Below are positions 31,430-43,781 of a stretch of 64,000 bases of DNA, one piece after another. Position 1 is the first letter of the stretch, and each line of letters opens with the position of its first letter. Origin of the DNA: the human T2T-CHM13v2.0 reference genome, Homo sapiens; the NCBI RefSeq assembly GCF_009914755.1, contig NC_060934.1. One strand, written 5' to 3'. Below the pieces are notes generated by a model. The model was not told the origin of the DNA, made no database searches, and was given only the letters and a program-made list of their open reading frames with translations. A program made the position numbers and the translations under genes.

Positions 31430-32510
31430 CCTTTTCCCAACGCTCCCATCCCGCCACGCCTCCCAACATACCCCCACCCCGACTTCCCGCTCAACTCCCG
31501 CTCCAGCCAGTCCCAGGAGCCACATGCGCATGCGCCCTCCCGCGCCCCTCCCCAACTTTCCACGTTTCACTCCTCTCCCTTTTCCTCCTCAGCTCCGGCT
31601 CCGCCGCCACGATTGGCCAGCCGACCACCCGGCCTCGGCCAATAAGCGCCGCCCTCTCGCCCCCGTGTTACTGGGTAGAAGAAAACAAAAACAAACAGAG
31701 CGAGAAGGGCCAGAGACTCTCCGAGGCGGCGGCAGAGACAGAAGAGCGGGGTCGGGGCCGGCTGACCAGGAACCTGGGCGAGCAGCGGCGGGGGCCCGAG
31801 GGGTCAGTACCAGTAGGCGCGGCTCACACGCTCGGGAAGACTGCGCCCTCTCCCCCATCCCTCCTCGGAGGCAGCCGCAAGATGGGAGGGGGCGGGGGCG
31901 GAGGCGTGGGGGTCGCGGTCCTGTCAGGTCCGGGCCTGCGGTGCGGGGGTCCGGCTGCCTTCTTGTAGCCCCGCAGGTCCAGCCGCGCCCTCCCCAACGC
32001 CCCGGACTGCGGGCATCCGGCCTGGTTCCCTCTTTCTGAGCCCAGCCTGGAGCGTGTCGGCGCGGGCCCGCCCCCTCCCGGAGCCATCTCCCCACTGAGA
32101 GGGGCGCGCGAGGCGCTCGCCCTTGAAGGTCCCCCTCAGCCCTCCTCCCCCTCTGGCGGAGGTTGAATTCGGGGGCCGGGATTGGAAGGCGTGTTTCCGG
32201 CTGGACTGAAATCCTGTGAGGAAGATTCGCGCCCTCCCCGCCCCCTGCCCTCCCTGGGAATCCTCTGAAGATGCGGCCCCCTGTCCTTCGTGAACCCGGA
32301 GCCCCGGCCTCGGCCCCGGCCCAGCCCCTTCCGGGGGCCGACCCGGGCTGGGACTTCGGGGGTCCTAGCCTGAGCCCGCTGCGGGAGAACAGGCCCGGCC
32401 GCTGTGGGGAGGGGCCGCGCGCTATCCTCGCCGGGGGCGCTGGGAGGCGAACACGTGCCCGCCGCCCCAGCCCTGCGCGAACTTCGTCGCGCCAATCTTC
32501 CGGCAAAGGG
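31430..32510. promoter_or_regulatory. CpG island, PDCD4 promoter / first exon / start of intron 1
   Basis: Abrupt rise in GC and CpG density; NRF1 site TGCGCATGCGC 31525-31535; ATTGG 31612-31616; CCAAT 31639-31643; GC boxes near 31890. Confidence 0.9.
31580..31802 (+). other. PDCD4: PDCD4 exon 1 (non-coding; 5' end uncertain, likely several TSSs)
   Basis: Donor cccgaggg|gtcagt at 31802/31803; joining to exon 2 gives cccgagggattctgaagg, as recalled for the PDCD4 mRNA. Confidence 0.8.
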
Positions 32511-35107
32511 TCTCTTTTTTTTAGTTTAGGTAAAATAAAATCTCCCAGAGAAAACAAAGCCGGGAAGGGAGCCCCCTTTCTGTGAAACGCATGCCATCTT
32601 CTCCATTTGTCAGTTTGATGCTGTAACGTACATGGGGTTTTGCAAGAGCTTCAAAACTGTCTGCAGACGTCAATTTCGCCCCCCTCCCCCTTGTGAGAAC
32701 TCGCTACGTAGCCAGCAACTGTGTAGTGTCTACAAATGATGAAAACGATCAGAAATGCGATTAGGTGTCGGGGAAAAAAGGGTTTCCCCTGTTTTTAACT
32801 TGTATTTTTACTTTAATTGTTACAATCTTGATATTCTTAACGTGACTTTTTTGGGAAACCACCAAGTGCTTTTTAAGCAAGGAGTTACTGGTATTTATGC
32901 CCTTAATATTCCTTCATTATAGGCTTATTGAATACGTTAATATCTCAGTAAGTGTATTTGAATTATAATTGACTGGCTTTTTCTGTGGTACTAATGTGAA
33001 AGGAAAAAATATTAGGACTGCAAAAATAAATGCCGCTTGAATATTATCTGTAGTGCTTGCTTTTGCATTACTGTAGTAGAATGCTTTTAGCTGGTTTTAA
33101 GCTGCTAATTAGCCGTTCGTAGCCGAAGAATGAATACAAGTAATCCTAGTTAATAAATGGCCAAAGCTTGACTCCCCAAAATGCCAGAGCAATTTATGAG
33201 GTATATTTCAGGAAATACATATGTATATATTTCGTGGGGGAGTGGAGGGTCTGTCTCTTAGGGAATGTCTTGGCAGTTGAATACTTCTGATTGTATATTT
33301 CGTGTAACACACTGGAGAAAAGAACAGTGTTTAATGTCAGCCTTCATTTTCTTCTAACTTGTATGTATAGTTTTCTCATCGAAAATTCATTTTTGTAGGT
33401 TAGTATGAAGGAAATAGCGTTTGGATTTTTTGCTTTATATTTTCTTGTTTGGGCCAATTAAGGGTTGTTAAATAAATTGGAAAAAATCCTACTACTTTAA
33501 AGAGCGTAAAAACGTGGAACATGTCTTATCTAAACTCTTAAAACGTGTTTGTTGCTGTCAAATATGACTTGAGTTCCTGATCGGGTTATCATTGCCTAAA
33601 GACACAGGACTATTTTTTTTATTAAGATAACTTTGTTTTTATCTTAATAAAAGAGATGATAGTCATTTCCTGACAGTTTTGTCTGACGGAATGCCTTCTG
33701 TATAATAGTTTAAAATAATTATTTTTAGTGTTTGGAAAACAGCATTTAAAAGTTTGAACAGCAGAAGTCTGTTTTAAGAAGCTTCTGTTAACCCTTGAAA
33801 AGAATCTTCCTGTGGGATATTAAAATTTTGGATTGAACTTGTGCAAACAGTACTGGATTTGGAAGGTCTGGATTCTCATCCTGGCTGTTCCACTAAGCAG
33901 CTGTCTGTCCTTGGACATATCACCTACCCTCTCTGAATCTGTTCAGTTGTGTGTAAGGTGGAATACCTACCCGAAGGTTTTTCTGTAAGGTACATTAAAT
34001 AATACATGTACAATTCTTTTTGAATTGTAAAGGGCTTTATGAACATCAATTATAATCATTTCGCTTATTAGGTTCTGCAGAAAGTATTCTCTCAAAAGTT
34101 ATACTTTCATCAAGAATGAAAAAGACTTTGTAATGGAACTCTAAAAAACTGAAACACGTATCATATGACATTATTCCTTTCCTATATGTATTTCATGCAT
34201 GGAATTAAAACAGAATGTAGCCTTTTCAGCCATGAAGGATGCTGAGTGTTTAGATTTGCAAACCATTTTTGTTCATATATTTATATGAATCTCTACATAT
34301 TTTTAAGATTTTTTTTTCATATCTAAAGTTGGCGGGAGTTATAGTGAAAAGTGATTATAAAGATTCACATATATTAATTTATTCTTAACAGAATTAGAGA
34401 ATGATCTCACCATTTTCTTAAGTTCCCAAGCAATATGATAGCATATTAGTCTGAGGATTATACCATAGTAAGAAGCCTATAATTTTAACATAAGGTCCAT
34501 TTGTTTTTGTTTCACAAAATAATACCGTTTTCTGAAGAAAAGGGCTATAAACTTATGTTAGCAAATAATAGTACATAATGAGGAATTTAAAAGTCAGTTT
34601 CACCTTTGAGTCCCAGGAGGCTCTGTATATATCATTGTTATCCTAAAATGACATCTAACAGTAGGTTAAGTTATATAGGAAAAAATGTGCTTTTCTGTAA
34701 TTAATTTATTAGGCATTTTCACTAATTTGTGCATTTTATATCTCTGAAGAGCACACTGCTAGCAACCTGATTGTAAATGACCAGAAGGACTTATATCCAA
34801 CCTATGTGACTTAAACATACACTTAAGTACTCTAAACCACTATTTAAAAAATACTTCTAGAGAGATTCTGAAATCTTAATTTGGTTGCACTTTCTGGTAA
34901 TATATTTTTTGAAAACTATTTTGATATTTCTTTCATATAACATTATTGGATCTGTATCACTAAGTTAATTGTCTAAAAGGTAACTGATTTCATCAAACCT
35001 TCCAGTATTAATAATTTTTAAGCCATTTTGAAACTGAGGCCTAAAATACTGAAATGCTTATGTCGTTGTACTTACTCCTTTCTGAAATGATCAGATTTTT
35101 AAAAAAT

Positions 35108-35171
35108 GGATTTCTCATATAAATAATATTATCAAAAAAGGATTTCTCATATAAATAATATTATCAAAAAA
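35108..35171. repeat. Perfect 32-bp tandem duplication
   Basis: ggatttctcatataaataatattatcaaaaaa x2 (35108-35139, 35140-35171). Confidence 0.9.
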
Positions 35172-35811
35172 GCTGATTTTAAAAGTTTCTCCCAAAGTCT
35201 TATTCTAGTAATTATAGAGACCTAGGTAATGAGTGGCAGATATATCTGCCTTTCAGATATGCCGTAATGTGAAAAATAACACAGTCATGTGATATTCTTT
35301 ATTAACTAAAACTGTGTTGTTTTTATTTTGGAGTAGTTCTCATAATTCATTGGTAGGGAACTATCCAGTATTTATATTCCTATGTATGTATATCAGATTA
35401 ATTTTGAGGCTTGGTATTCCTAAAAGATTTGGATGTGTGTATTTCTTTAACTTGACGTAAACATGTATCACAAACATATCTTTTAATTCCAATTAAAGGG
35501 GTGCTTTGGCACATGCTGAAATCTGGGATTTTTTTTTTTGACTTTGATAAATTTATCAAAAAGATTGGAACCAAATGTTAATTAGGGTAAGTTGTCTTTG
35601 AAAGTAAAGTGAACTGTTTTATTTAATGGAATTGTGTGTTTTTTGTTGTTGTCGTTTGTTTTTACAGTGTGCTTAAGTAAGTTTAATTCAGCTTAATTAC
35701 ATCAGTTTAAAAGATCTTGAAGCTTTCTTTTTTTCTTTTAAAAAAACAGATTCTGAAGGAAGATTTCCATTAGGTAATTTGTTTAATCAGTGCAAGCGAA
35801 ATTAAGGGAAA

Positions 35812-35854
35812 ATGGATGTAGAAAATGAGCAGATACTGAATGTAAACCCTGCAG
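35812..35854 (+). CDS. PDCD4: Programmed cell death protein 4, coding exon 1 (exon 2 spans 35750-35854)
   Basis: Acceptor aacag|att at 35749/35750; aaaATGg Kozak; [14 protein letters not shown]; donor gcag|gtaagt. Confidence 0.97.
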
Positions 35855-35869
35855 GTAAGTAAGGATATC

Positions 35870-36093
35870 CTTTTTTCTTTTTTTCTTCGTTTTGAGACAG
35901 GATCTTGCTCTGTCACCCAGGCTGGAGTGCAGTGGTGTGATCATGGCTCACTGCAGTTTTGACTTTCCTGGGCTTAAGAGATCCTCCCCTATCTCAGCCT
36001 CCTCAGCAGCTGGGACAACAGGTGTGTGCCACCACACCAGGCTAATTTTTTATTTTTTGTAGAGATAGGATTTCACTATGTTGCCTAGGCTGA
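35870..36093 (-). mobile_element. Partial Alu (AluJ-like), antisense
   Basis: ttttgagacaggatcttgctctgtcacccaggctggagtgcagtgg...actatgttgcctaggctg. Confidence 0.85.
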
Positions 36094-36453
36094 AATATCT
36101 TGAAGCTTGACTATGTTGTGAGGAAGCTTCAGACCATTCCATATTTTATAAAAACATGATAGAAAAACTATCTTTAAATACTCTTTTATTCATGCTGTAA
36201 GAAAACAGGCTATATTATTTTTAAAGTCAAGTTTGTGATTTTTATTTTCATGGAAATTCATTACATGTCCTATTTTTCTGCCTATCCTTTCACATTCCAC
36301 ATATTCCTATTCTCTGTTATATAGTACAGAATAGAGAAGAATAGTGAGCCTGCTTATTTTCACATGGGCTAGTTAGTGATTTCTGTAATATAAACTTACT
36401 GGTATCTTTGGTATCTTTCCTAACAAATAATTTTTATATTCTAAATTACCTAG

Positions 36454-36537
36454 GGTATTTTCCCTAATTCTCCATGGTGCTTCAATAGCATGTTATTATC
36501 ATAAAAATGAACAGTTTTGTGGAATAGATGACCAAAT
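36454..36537 (+). other. PDCD4: PDCD4 alternative cassette exon supplying the MTKY N-terminus (ATG 36528)
   Basis: Acceptor cctag|ggtatt; donor aaat|gtgagt; ATG ACC AAA T + AT CCT gives MTKYPDNL in frame with the next exon (458-aa isoform, recalled). Confidence 0.85.
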
Positions 36538-37034
36538 GTGAGTAACTCAAGATAATTTAAAATGTATTTATAGTTTTAAAAATAATCTCCCAAAAAGTTA
36601 ATTAGAATTGTGTAATATCTGAATAGTGAGAACAGTTCATATTGGTATACTTTGGATAATTCTTTGTCTTATAATTTTATTAATATTGAAAGCTATTTTC
36701 TGTCATTTTAAGTGTATTTCGTAACTAAATACTACATCTTTCTTTCCTCAGTGACTTAACTCACTATTGTTTACAATGTACATAGTTTTCTTTGATCTGA
36801 ACAAACATGTTGAATTTGAAGCTTCTTTACCATTGTTTATTTACAGATCTTTTTAAAGTATGGTAAAAAATTGAAAAAAATTTATGTAATTAATGATCAT
36901 TTCTGTGCTGCTGTATACAATAGCTGTATGAGTATGCTTTAGGGTTATAAATGGATAATATGTACCTACTTAATTGAGATGGGGATGGTAATACAGTTTA
37001 GAATATATTTTACATATAGGTAATTGCTTCTTTT

Positions 37035-37372
37035 CTGCACTGTCCAGTATGGTGACCACTAGCTACATGTGGTTATTACTCCTGGGCTCAAGTGATCCTC
37101 CCTCTTCAGCCTCCTCAGTAGCTGGATTACAGGCGTGTGCACCACTGTGCTTAGCCACATGTGTTTGTTGAGTACTTGAAATGTGGCTACTCTGAGTTGA
37201 GATGAAGGTCAACTATCTCAATAATTTGTTATATTGCTTGCATGTTGAGATGATATGGTTATATTAGATTAAATAAAATATATTTAAATTAATTTCACCT
37301 GTTTTTACTTTTTAATGTGGCTACTGGAAAATTTAAAATTTCTTATATGGCTTGCATTCTATTTCTATTAGA
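37035..37372. mobile_element. MER3/MER33-type hAT MITE with an embedded Alu fragment (~37077-37150)
   Basis: gcactgtccagtatggtgaccactagctacatgtgg...aattaatttcacctgtttttactttttaatgtggctact. Confidence 0.6.
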
Positions 37373-39168
37373 AATAGAAACACAGCTTTAAAATGTGTAC
37401 TTTTTGTTTCCTAACTACAATAAGACCTAGTTCTAACCCTGTTCTTGGTGCTTGTGTCCAGCACTGCTTTAAAATAAAAGACTTGTTCTTCAATATTTGA
37501 ATAGGCCTAAGATAGACCCTCTTTGTAGTAAATTCTTCACATAGCAAATAGTCCAAGTCACACTCTTACTCTTTTACTTGGAGGAAGTAGGTTATTCTGA
37601 CCTTCAGTTTTTTCATGTATAAAATTGGGATATAAATACCCTCTGTATAGATTTATAATTAGGATTTAGTGAGATATTGTATATGTGTGTTAAGTCTGTG
37701 AAGCACATACTAGGTATGTAATACATGAAAGTGTGGTAATGTTATTCTAATTATGCCACTCATTGGACACCAGTAATTGAAAATGTGATTTTCTGGTGCT
37801 GTGGTCATATACAATTGGAGTGGTTACTATTGAGATATCAGAATTCAGAAAGAGGGAATTAGTACACAGTAGGAAACAATTTTGAAGTCAATCACATTCT
37901 GTACTCAGCTTATCATTTTAATTTTGGTTTTCTTAAAGTCAGCTCAATAGGGGTTATGGAACTCCAACAGTTAGGTGAGTATGAGTAACAAAATATAAAG
38001 CAATTAATACAAACATGGGTTAAAAATGATAAGGTCAAATATATAAATTATACGGAGAGAATGTTTACTGCTGCAGAGACACAAACATACTTGAAAGGAT
38101 GTTAAAATTGTTGAAGAAAAGAAAACTCGATTATGGGAAATAGATGTATTTAAATTGAATACTCCAAGGGACAGTTTAAGACATTTTATTATAGTTCTGA
38201 CTCCTGTGTCTTCTGGACCAGTTTTGTGGTTCACCTTAATGGCACAATGATGAAAGCACTATGTTACAGGTAGATGTTTAATGTTTTTCTCAACCATCCA
38301 CTCTTACACGAAAATGTCATCTAATTTATGTGATCCTGATCTTTCTGTCCCCTTCCACTTAATCATTTTTGTTTATCTCTCTTTACATTCACGCCCTTGT
38401 TCGTCTCTTTAGCTGTCAATACTCTGCTGTATTCTAGTTTTGTATTTTCTGTAGTTATATGGGATTAAAAATGTGGGTTTGAATTCTAGCCATAATCCTT
38501 TCTAGATATGTAACTTCTTGTGAAACACATTCCTTCTGTAAAATGAGGATAAACAGTTTCTTTCTAGAGCTCTTGAAGCTTATAGACCACATATGTAAAG
38601 TGCCTTAGCTAATAGGTACCAGGTAGTGTGGAATCTAATAGGTACCAGGTAGTGTGGAACCTGGTATCTAATAGATGACAATAGTAATGGTAATGATGAA
38701 AGAAACAGTACTACGACTACTTCCACTAAGACTATAATTACTACTGATGGTTATGATGATGTCCCAAACACACCATCCTAACACCGGCTTCTTACCAGTT
38801 TGAAAACTTTTAAGGCATTGTTTGACTTCTCTTTAATCCTAGATACATTCTGCTTAAAAGTCCTTCATTATTTTCTTTAAAAGCGTAACATTATTATTTA
38901 TCCCACAGTTACTACCCTTGCTCTTTACCAGTTAGCTTGTGACTGAATTACTGAAGCATTTTCTTAGCGGTTTCCTACTTTATACTTTCTCTTTTTGTAA
39001 TATACTCAGTATTCTTCTGCCAAATGAATCCCTCCCATCTCTTCCCTATGATATCTAACTTAAGCTCTGACAATTTGAGTGTGGGAGTAGTTAGCAGTGA
39101 TTCTGGTGAGGTAAGCAGGGGCAAGATCATAAAGGACCTTAAGTTACAAGGTAAAGAGTTTACATTTT

Positions 39169-39456
<288 letters not shown>

Positions 39457-41016
39457 TTACATTTTTTGTGACATAATGGGACTACTTTTAAAGGATCTTC
39501 AGTGAGGGCATGCTTGAGAAAATCAGTCTTCATTCAGTATAGTTTGAAGACTGGAGGCAGGGAGACTACTTATGAGACTAGTGAAATAATTTGGCTCTAA
39601 TTGATGATTTTGTTTAAAACAAAACATTCCTACCTTCCTAAGTATGTCAAGAATTGTAAAGATTTAAACACATGTATGCTTTTTATAGGTTGGTGAAAAT
39701 TTTTGGTTTCAACATGTCTTAAAACATATTAAAGCCCATGCACATAGACCTGACATGTTATAATTATCTTTAGGCATATAGAAAATGATTTGAGTGATTC
39801 AGCTCTGATTTGCGTTAACAATAATGAACAAAACTGTGGCCCAGTGGTAGCTAATTCAGTAGCCTTTCTGACTTAAAGAGCTTTCAGGGCAAAGCCAAGT
39901 GCCTCCACTTGATCTCCATGGAATTTGAGTATGAAGGACACTCTGCTAGGTGATGGGGATACAAAGAAGGACATACAGTCTAGTTGTGGTTTCTCCTTTG
40001 AAGCTTATGACTTAGTTGGAAGAAAAAGACTGCTATATAAAAAGAAAGTGATTTCCATGACGTGTTGAATGAATAGTATGTGAGCAATTAGTGTTCCTGT
40101 ACCTAGAGTTGTAAGGGAAGTTTTAATGCAGGGAGTAAGACTTGGGCTATATCCTAAAGGATTTTGATAACTGAAAATAACAGTGAGGGCGACATTCTAC
40201 TGGGAACTCCAGTATGTTGATCTCTTTCAGAAGAATCAATTTTATATAGGCTGGAAGATTTACAGGATGGTAAGTAATAGGAGAAAAGTTTAGGGAGATG
40301 AATTAGGACTTTGAGATGTTGGCTTTTCTTGAAAGCAAACTTTGTCTTGAGGCAGTAAAGCATCAGCAGTTCAGCTCAACAATCATATGCGATTATTTGC
40401 TAAATGCCTTTCATTCTCTTTTGGATTACTAATAGTTCTTAAGTGTTTATACCTAGTTATGGGACGTTTGGCAAATCATTTAAACATTCTCAGCCTTAGT
40501 TTCCTTATCTGTCTTCAATGTTATAATAATTAACTGCCAAACTTGTGCATAAATAAATGATAGAGTGTCTAGCACAGTGCCTAATAGTAGGCATTCTATA
40601 AATATTAGTTTATCTCTCTTCTCAAGATGCTTTGTCTTTTCTTAATATCTCCAATTAGCTCATAAAAGTCTAAGGGTTTTATATTTGGTGTTGCTGTTAG
40701 CATAGATTTTATGATCTAAACGTGAAATAACATGCTTCTTTTGGTAAAAACAAACAAATTTGGTTTGTTTTTGGTAAGAAACAAACATGCTTTGTTAAAA
40801 TTCAGTGCCTTGGTTTACTTTCCTTGATAATGTGAAAAGTAATCTTATTTAGTTGTTTATTAGATTGAAGTAGATGAAATTCCCAATATGTGACTGTAAT
40901 TTACCTACAAAAATGGTAATGTCATGTGATTCAACCTAATCTAACTTACCACTATATCTATAAAACAGTAGATACTTAAAATACTTAGAATTTTTTTCTT
41001 CATTTTTCTCTTTAAG

Positions 41017-41319
41017 ATCCTGATAACTTAAGTGACTCTCTCTTTTCCGGTGATGAAGAAAATGCTGGGACTGAGGAAGTAAAGAATGAAATAAATGGAA
41101 ATTGGATTTCAGCATCCTCCATTAACGAAGCTAGAATTAATGCCAAGGCAAAAAGGCGACTAAGGAAAAACTCATCCCGGGACTCTGGCAGAGGCGATTC
41201 GGTCAGCGACAGTGGGAGTGACGCCCTTAGAAGTGGATTAACTGTGCCAACCAGTCCAAAGGGAAGGTTGCTGGATAGGCGATCCAGATCTGGGAAAGGA
41301 AGGGGACTACCAAAGAAAG
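41017..41319 (+). CDS. PDCD4: PDCD4 coding exon 2 (aa 15-116: RRLRKNS67 kinase site, DSGRGDS degron, basic region)
   Basis: tttaag|atcct ... aaag|gttggt; 303 nt; DPDNLSDSLFSG...RGLPKK. Confidence 0.97.
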
Positions 41320-42786
41320 GTTGGTATATATCATGTCCAACAAATGGAAGATAAACAAGTGGAAAAAAATTGTCTGGTTCTTGTACTACACTTTCCTTGT
41401 TCTAGGAATGAGAGAGATTCAAAAAGTGAAAATGTAAGGCTTTACAGTTTGTATATATTTTTACTTAGTAATAATGTGAGAACCATCTCACTTTTTCTTT
41501 AGGTTGATGTTTTTTCTTGTTTGAGTAGATTTAATTTTCTTGAGCAGAATGTTAACGATTTATTTCCAGCAAAATATACACTGATGTTTTTCACTGTTAC
41601 GAGTTTTACGTATATTCTCTAAGTTTGAAAGGAGTCAGAAATCCATCATACTTATTTAATATAATTATGTCCATTACTACTACTAATAAATATACATTTG
41701 ATTGATAACGTCTAGATCTGAATTTTAATGTTTTCCTAGATCTCACGGTGAGTTCTCTTTAGCTCTTTATTTTGGGTTCTGTAGTAGATTGGTCTGTTTC
41801 ACTGCTGTTTCTCTAGTACCCGAAATAGTGACTAGTACACTGTAGGCAAATATTTGTTGAATAAGAGTTTTCTGACGATTTCATCACCTTCTGAATGGTG
41901 GGAACTTCAATTTATAGCCTAGGTTTCTTGTAAAATGTTTTTGTGATCTGTCAAAAATTAGTTTTGTTAAATGCCTCTGCAATCATGTTTTATATCAAAA
42001 TGAAACCTGGTTGTCAGATTCTGTTTTGGTCTGATGGCAAGGATATACTTGGTACAAAATAAAAACCTCCAAAAACAGAAATGTTGGTGACATTGTAAAG
42101 GTTCTTTAAAAAATAGTGTAGTACATTAGTCCTTAAAACATTTCAGTAAGTTGATGTAGAAAAGCAACTTTGAAAATTGGAATTGTTAAGCTTCTTTTGG
42201 TTGTTTTGTATTTAGAAAACAGAATTTTCAGGGCTGTTAATGCTTAAAAGCAGTTAGAATTCTTTTCTATATTTATAACATATTGCTAGTTGTATGGTTT
42301 AATGTGTACTTTAATATTTAAAGAGTACTGTATTTGACCTTAAAATATTTGATGGTGGTTACTGTCCTTTTTTGTTAAATAATTTTTCCCTTGTTGAGTT
42401 TTCTATGCTACGCTTTACCGGCCCAGAATGTTTCTTTTTGTCTTAGTCTCAAAGAAATGTCGAATAAAATTTAGAGCTCAGCTGCAATATCATCTCCTTT
42501 GAGGTCCTCAATATAGCTATTTTTTTATCTTTATTTGTTTTTGCTTTTATTTTAAAGCATCTGCTTTTTTAGTTTTTAACTTCATAAGCTATTTTAACTT
42601 AATGTTTTTGGAAATATTGAAAGAGTGGTCTGAACAAAAACCAGTAGGGGAAGAAAACTGGAAAAAAACTAACACGTTAAATACAATTTTTTTTTAGCTG
42701 TTGTTTAACATCGGAACATTTTATTTTAGATTTCAACAAATTGATGAATTTTGTGTTTTTTCTTTCTCAATGCTAAACTTTTTCAG

Positions 42787-42881
42787 GTGGTGCAGGAGGC
42801 AAAGGTGTCTGGGGTACACCTGGACAGGTGTATGATGTGGAGGAGGTGGATGTGAAAGATCCTAACTATGATGATGACCAG
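42787..42881 (+). CDS. PDCD4: PDCD4 coding exon 3
   Basis: tttcag|gtggt ... ccag|gtatca; GGAGGKGVWGTPGQVYDVEEVDVKDPNYDDDQ; 95 nt. Confidence 0.97.
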
Positions 42882-43781
42882 GTATCAGTGCTTTGCTTTT
42901 TCATAATATTTAAAATGTTTATGAACTTTTTTGACTTCATGTTTGTAGTTTACTCATACATGTGTCAAATCATATGTATAAATGTTTTGGATTAGGAAAC
43001 CAAGTAAACTGACAGTAATACATGCATAACTTTCACTTGGTTTCTGTAGTGAGTCAAAAATAGCTCTTTAGAAATTCACTTAGGATTATTAAGTTGTCCA
43101 TTTTTCAGTAAATTCTGTTAATATAGTTTGTTTCTATAGTAATGATAATTGAGAATATCTTCTTTTGAATATTATGAGTTACAGATATTAGATTCCTTTT
43201 AAATATTACTGTTTAGAATGGTAACTATATAATACATTTTGTTTTGGGGACATGCGCATCTTTCTTTTAGGGATAATGCTGAAAATGTAAATTTTTAATA
43301 GATTGTGAAGTGAATTTTTTATTTTTTTTAATGGAAAAAATTTAAAGTAGAATAGTATAATCTGCTTGTACTCCTCTCTTAGCTTTACAAACTTAAATAA
43401 TTACAAACTCATAGGCAGTCTTGTTTAATTCCATTTACTCTCTGTCTTCTATTGGCCCCTTTGCCCCACCCTGTTTTGGATTATTTTGAAGCAAATCCCA
43501 AATGTTTTGATTATGTTTTTTGAAAATTTGTCTTTGCACAAGGTGAGACACGGTGATGGAAATTTTAGACAGGAAAACGTTAAGAGTATGTGTTAGGTTG
43601 TTTTTATTGTGTGTTGTATGTATGTATTTAAGTGTTTTAACTAATAGATATGGAAATATTTCTAAGAGAACATGAAAAATATGAAACTAGTAGGATTCAA
43701 GTACTGTAGAATCTTTGCTAAAAATGTATTAATCTTTCAAGTATATGTTTTTAGGCTGAAGCCAGTCACAAGTTGTAAATA

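Noticed and set aside
31274-32585. Long overlapping ORFs (219 aa +, 322 aa -, others) over the promoter
   Set aside because: Expected stop depletion in a GC-rich CpG island; low-complexity R/G/P/A content; ORFs cross the exon-1 donor; no recognisable domain
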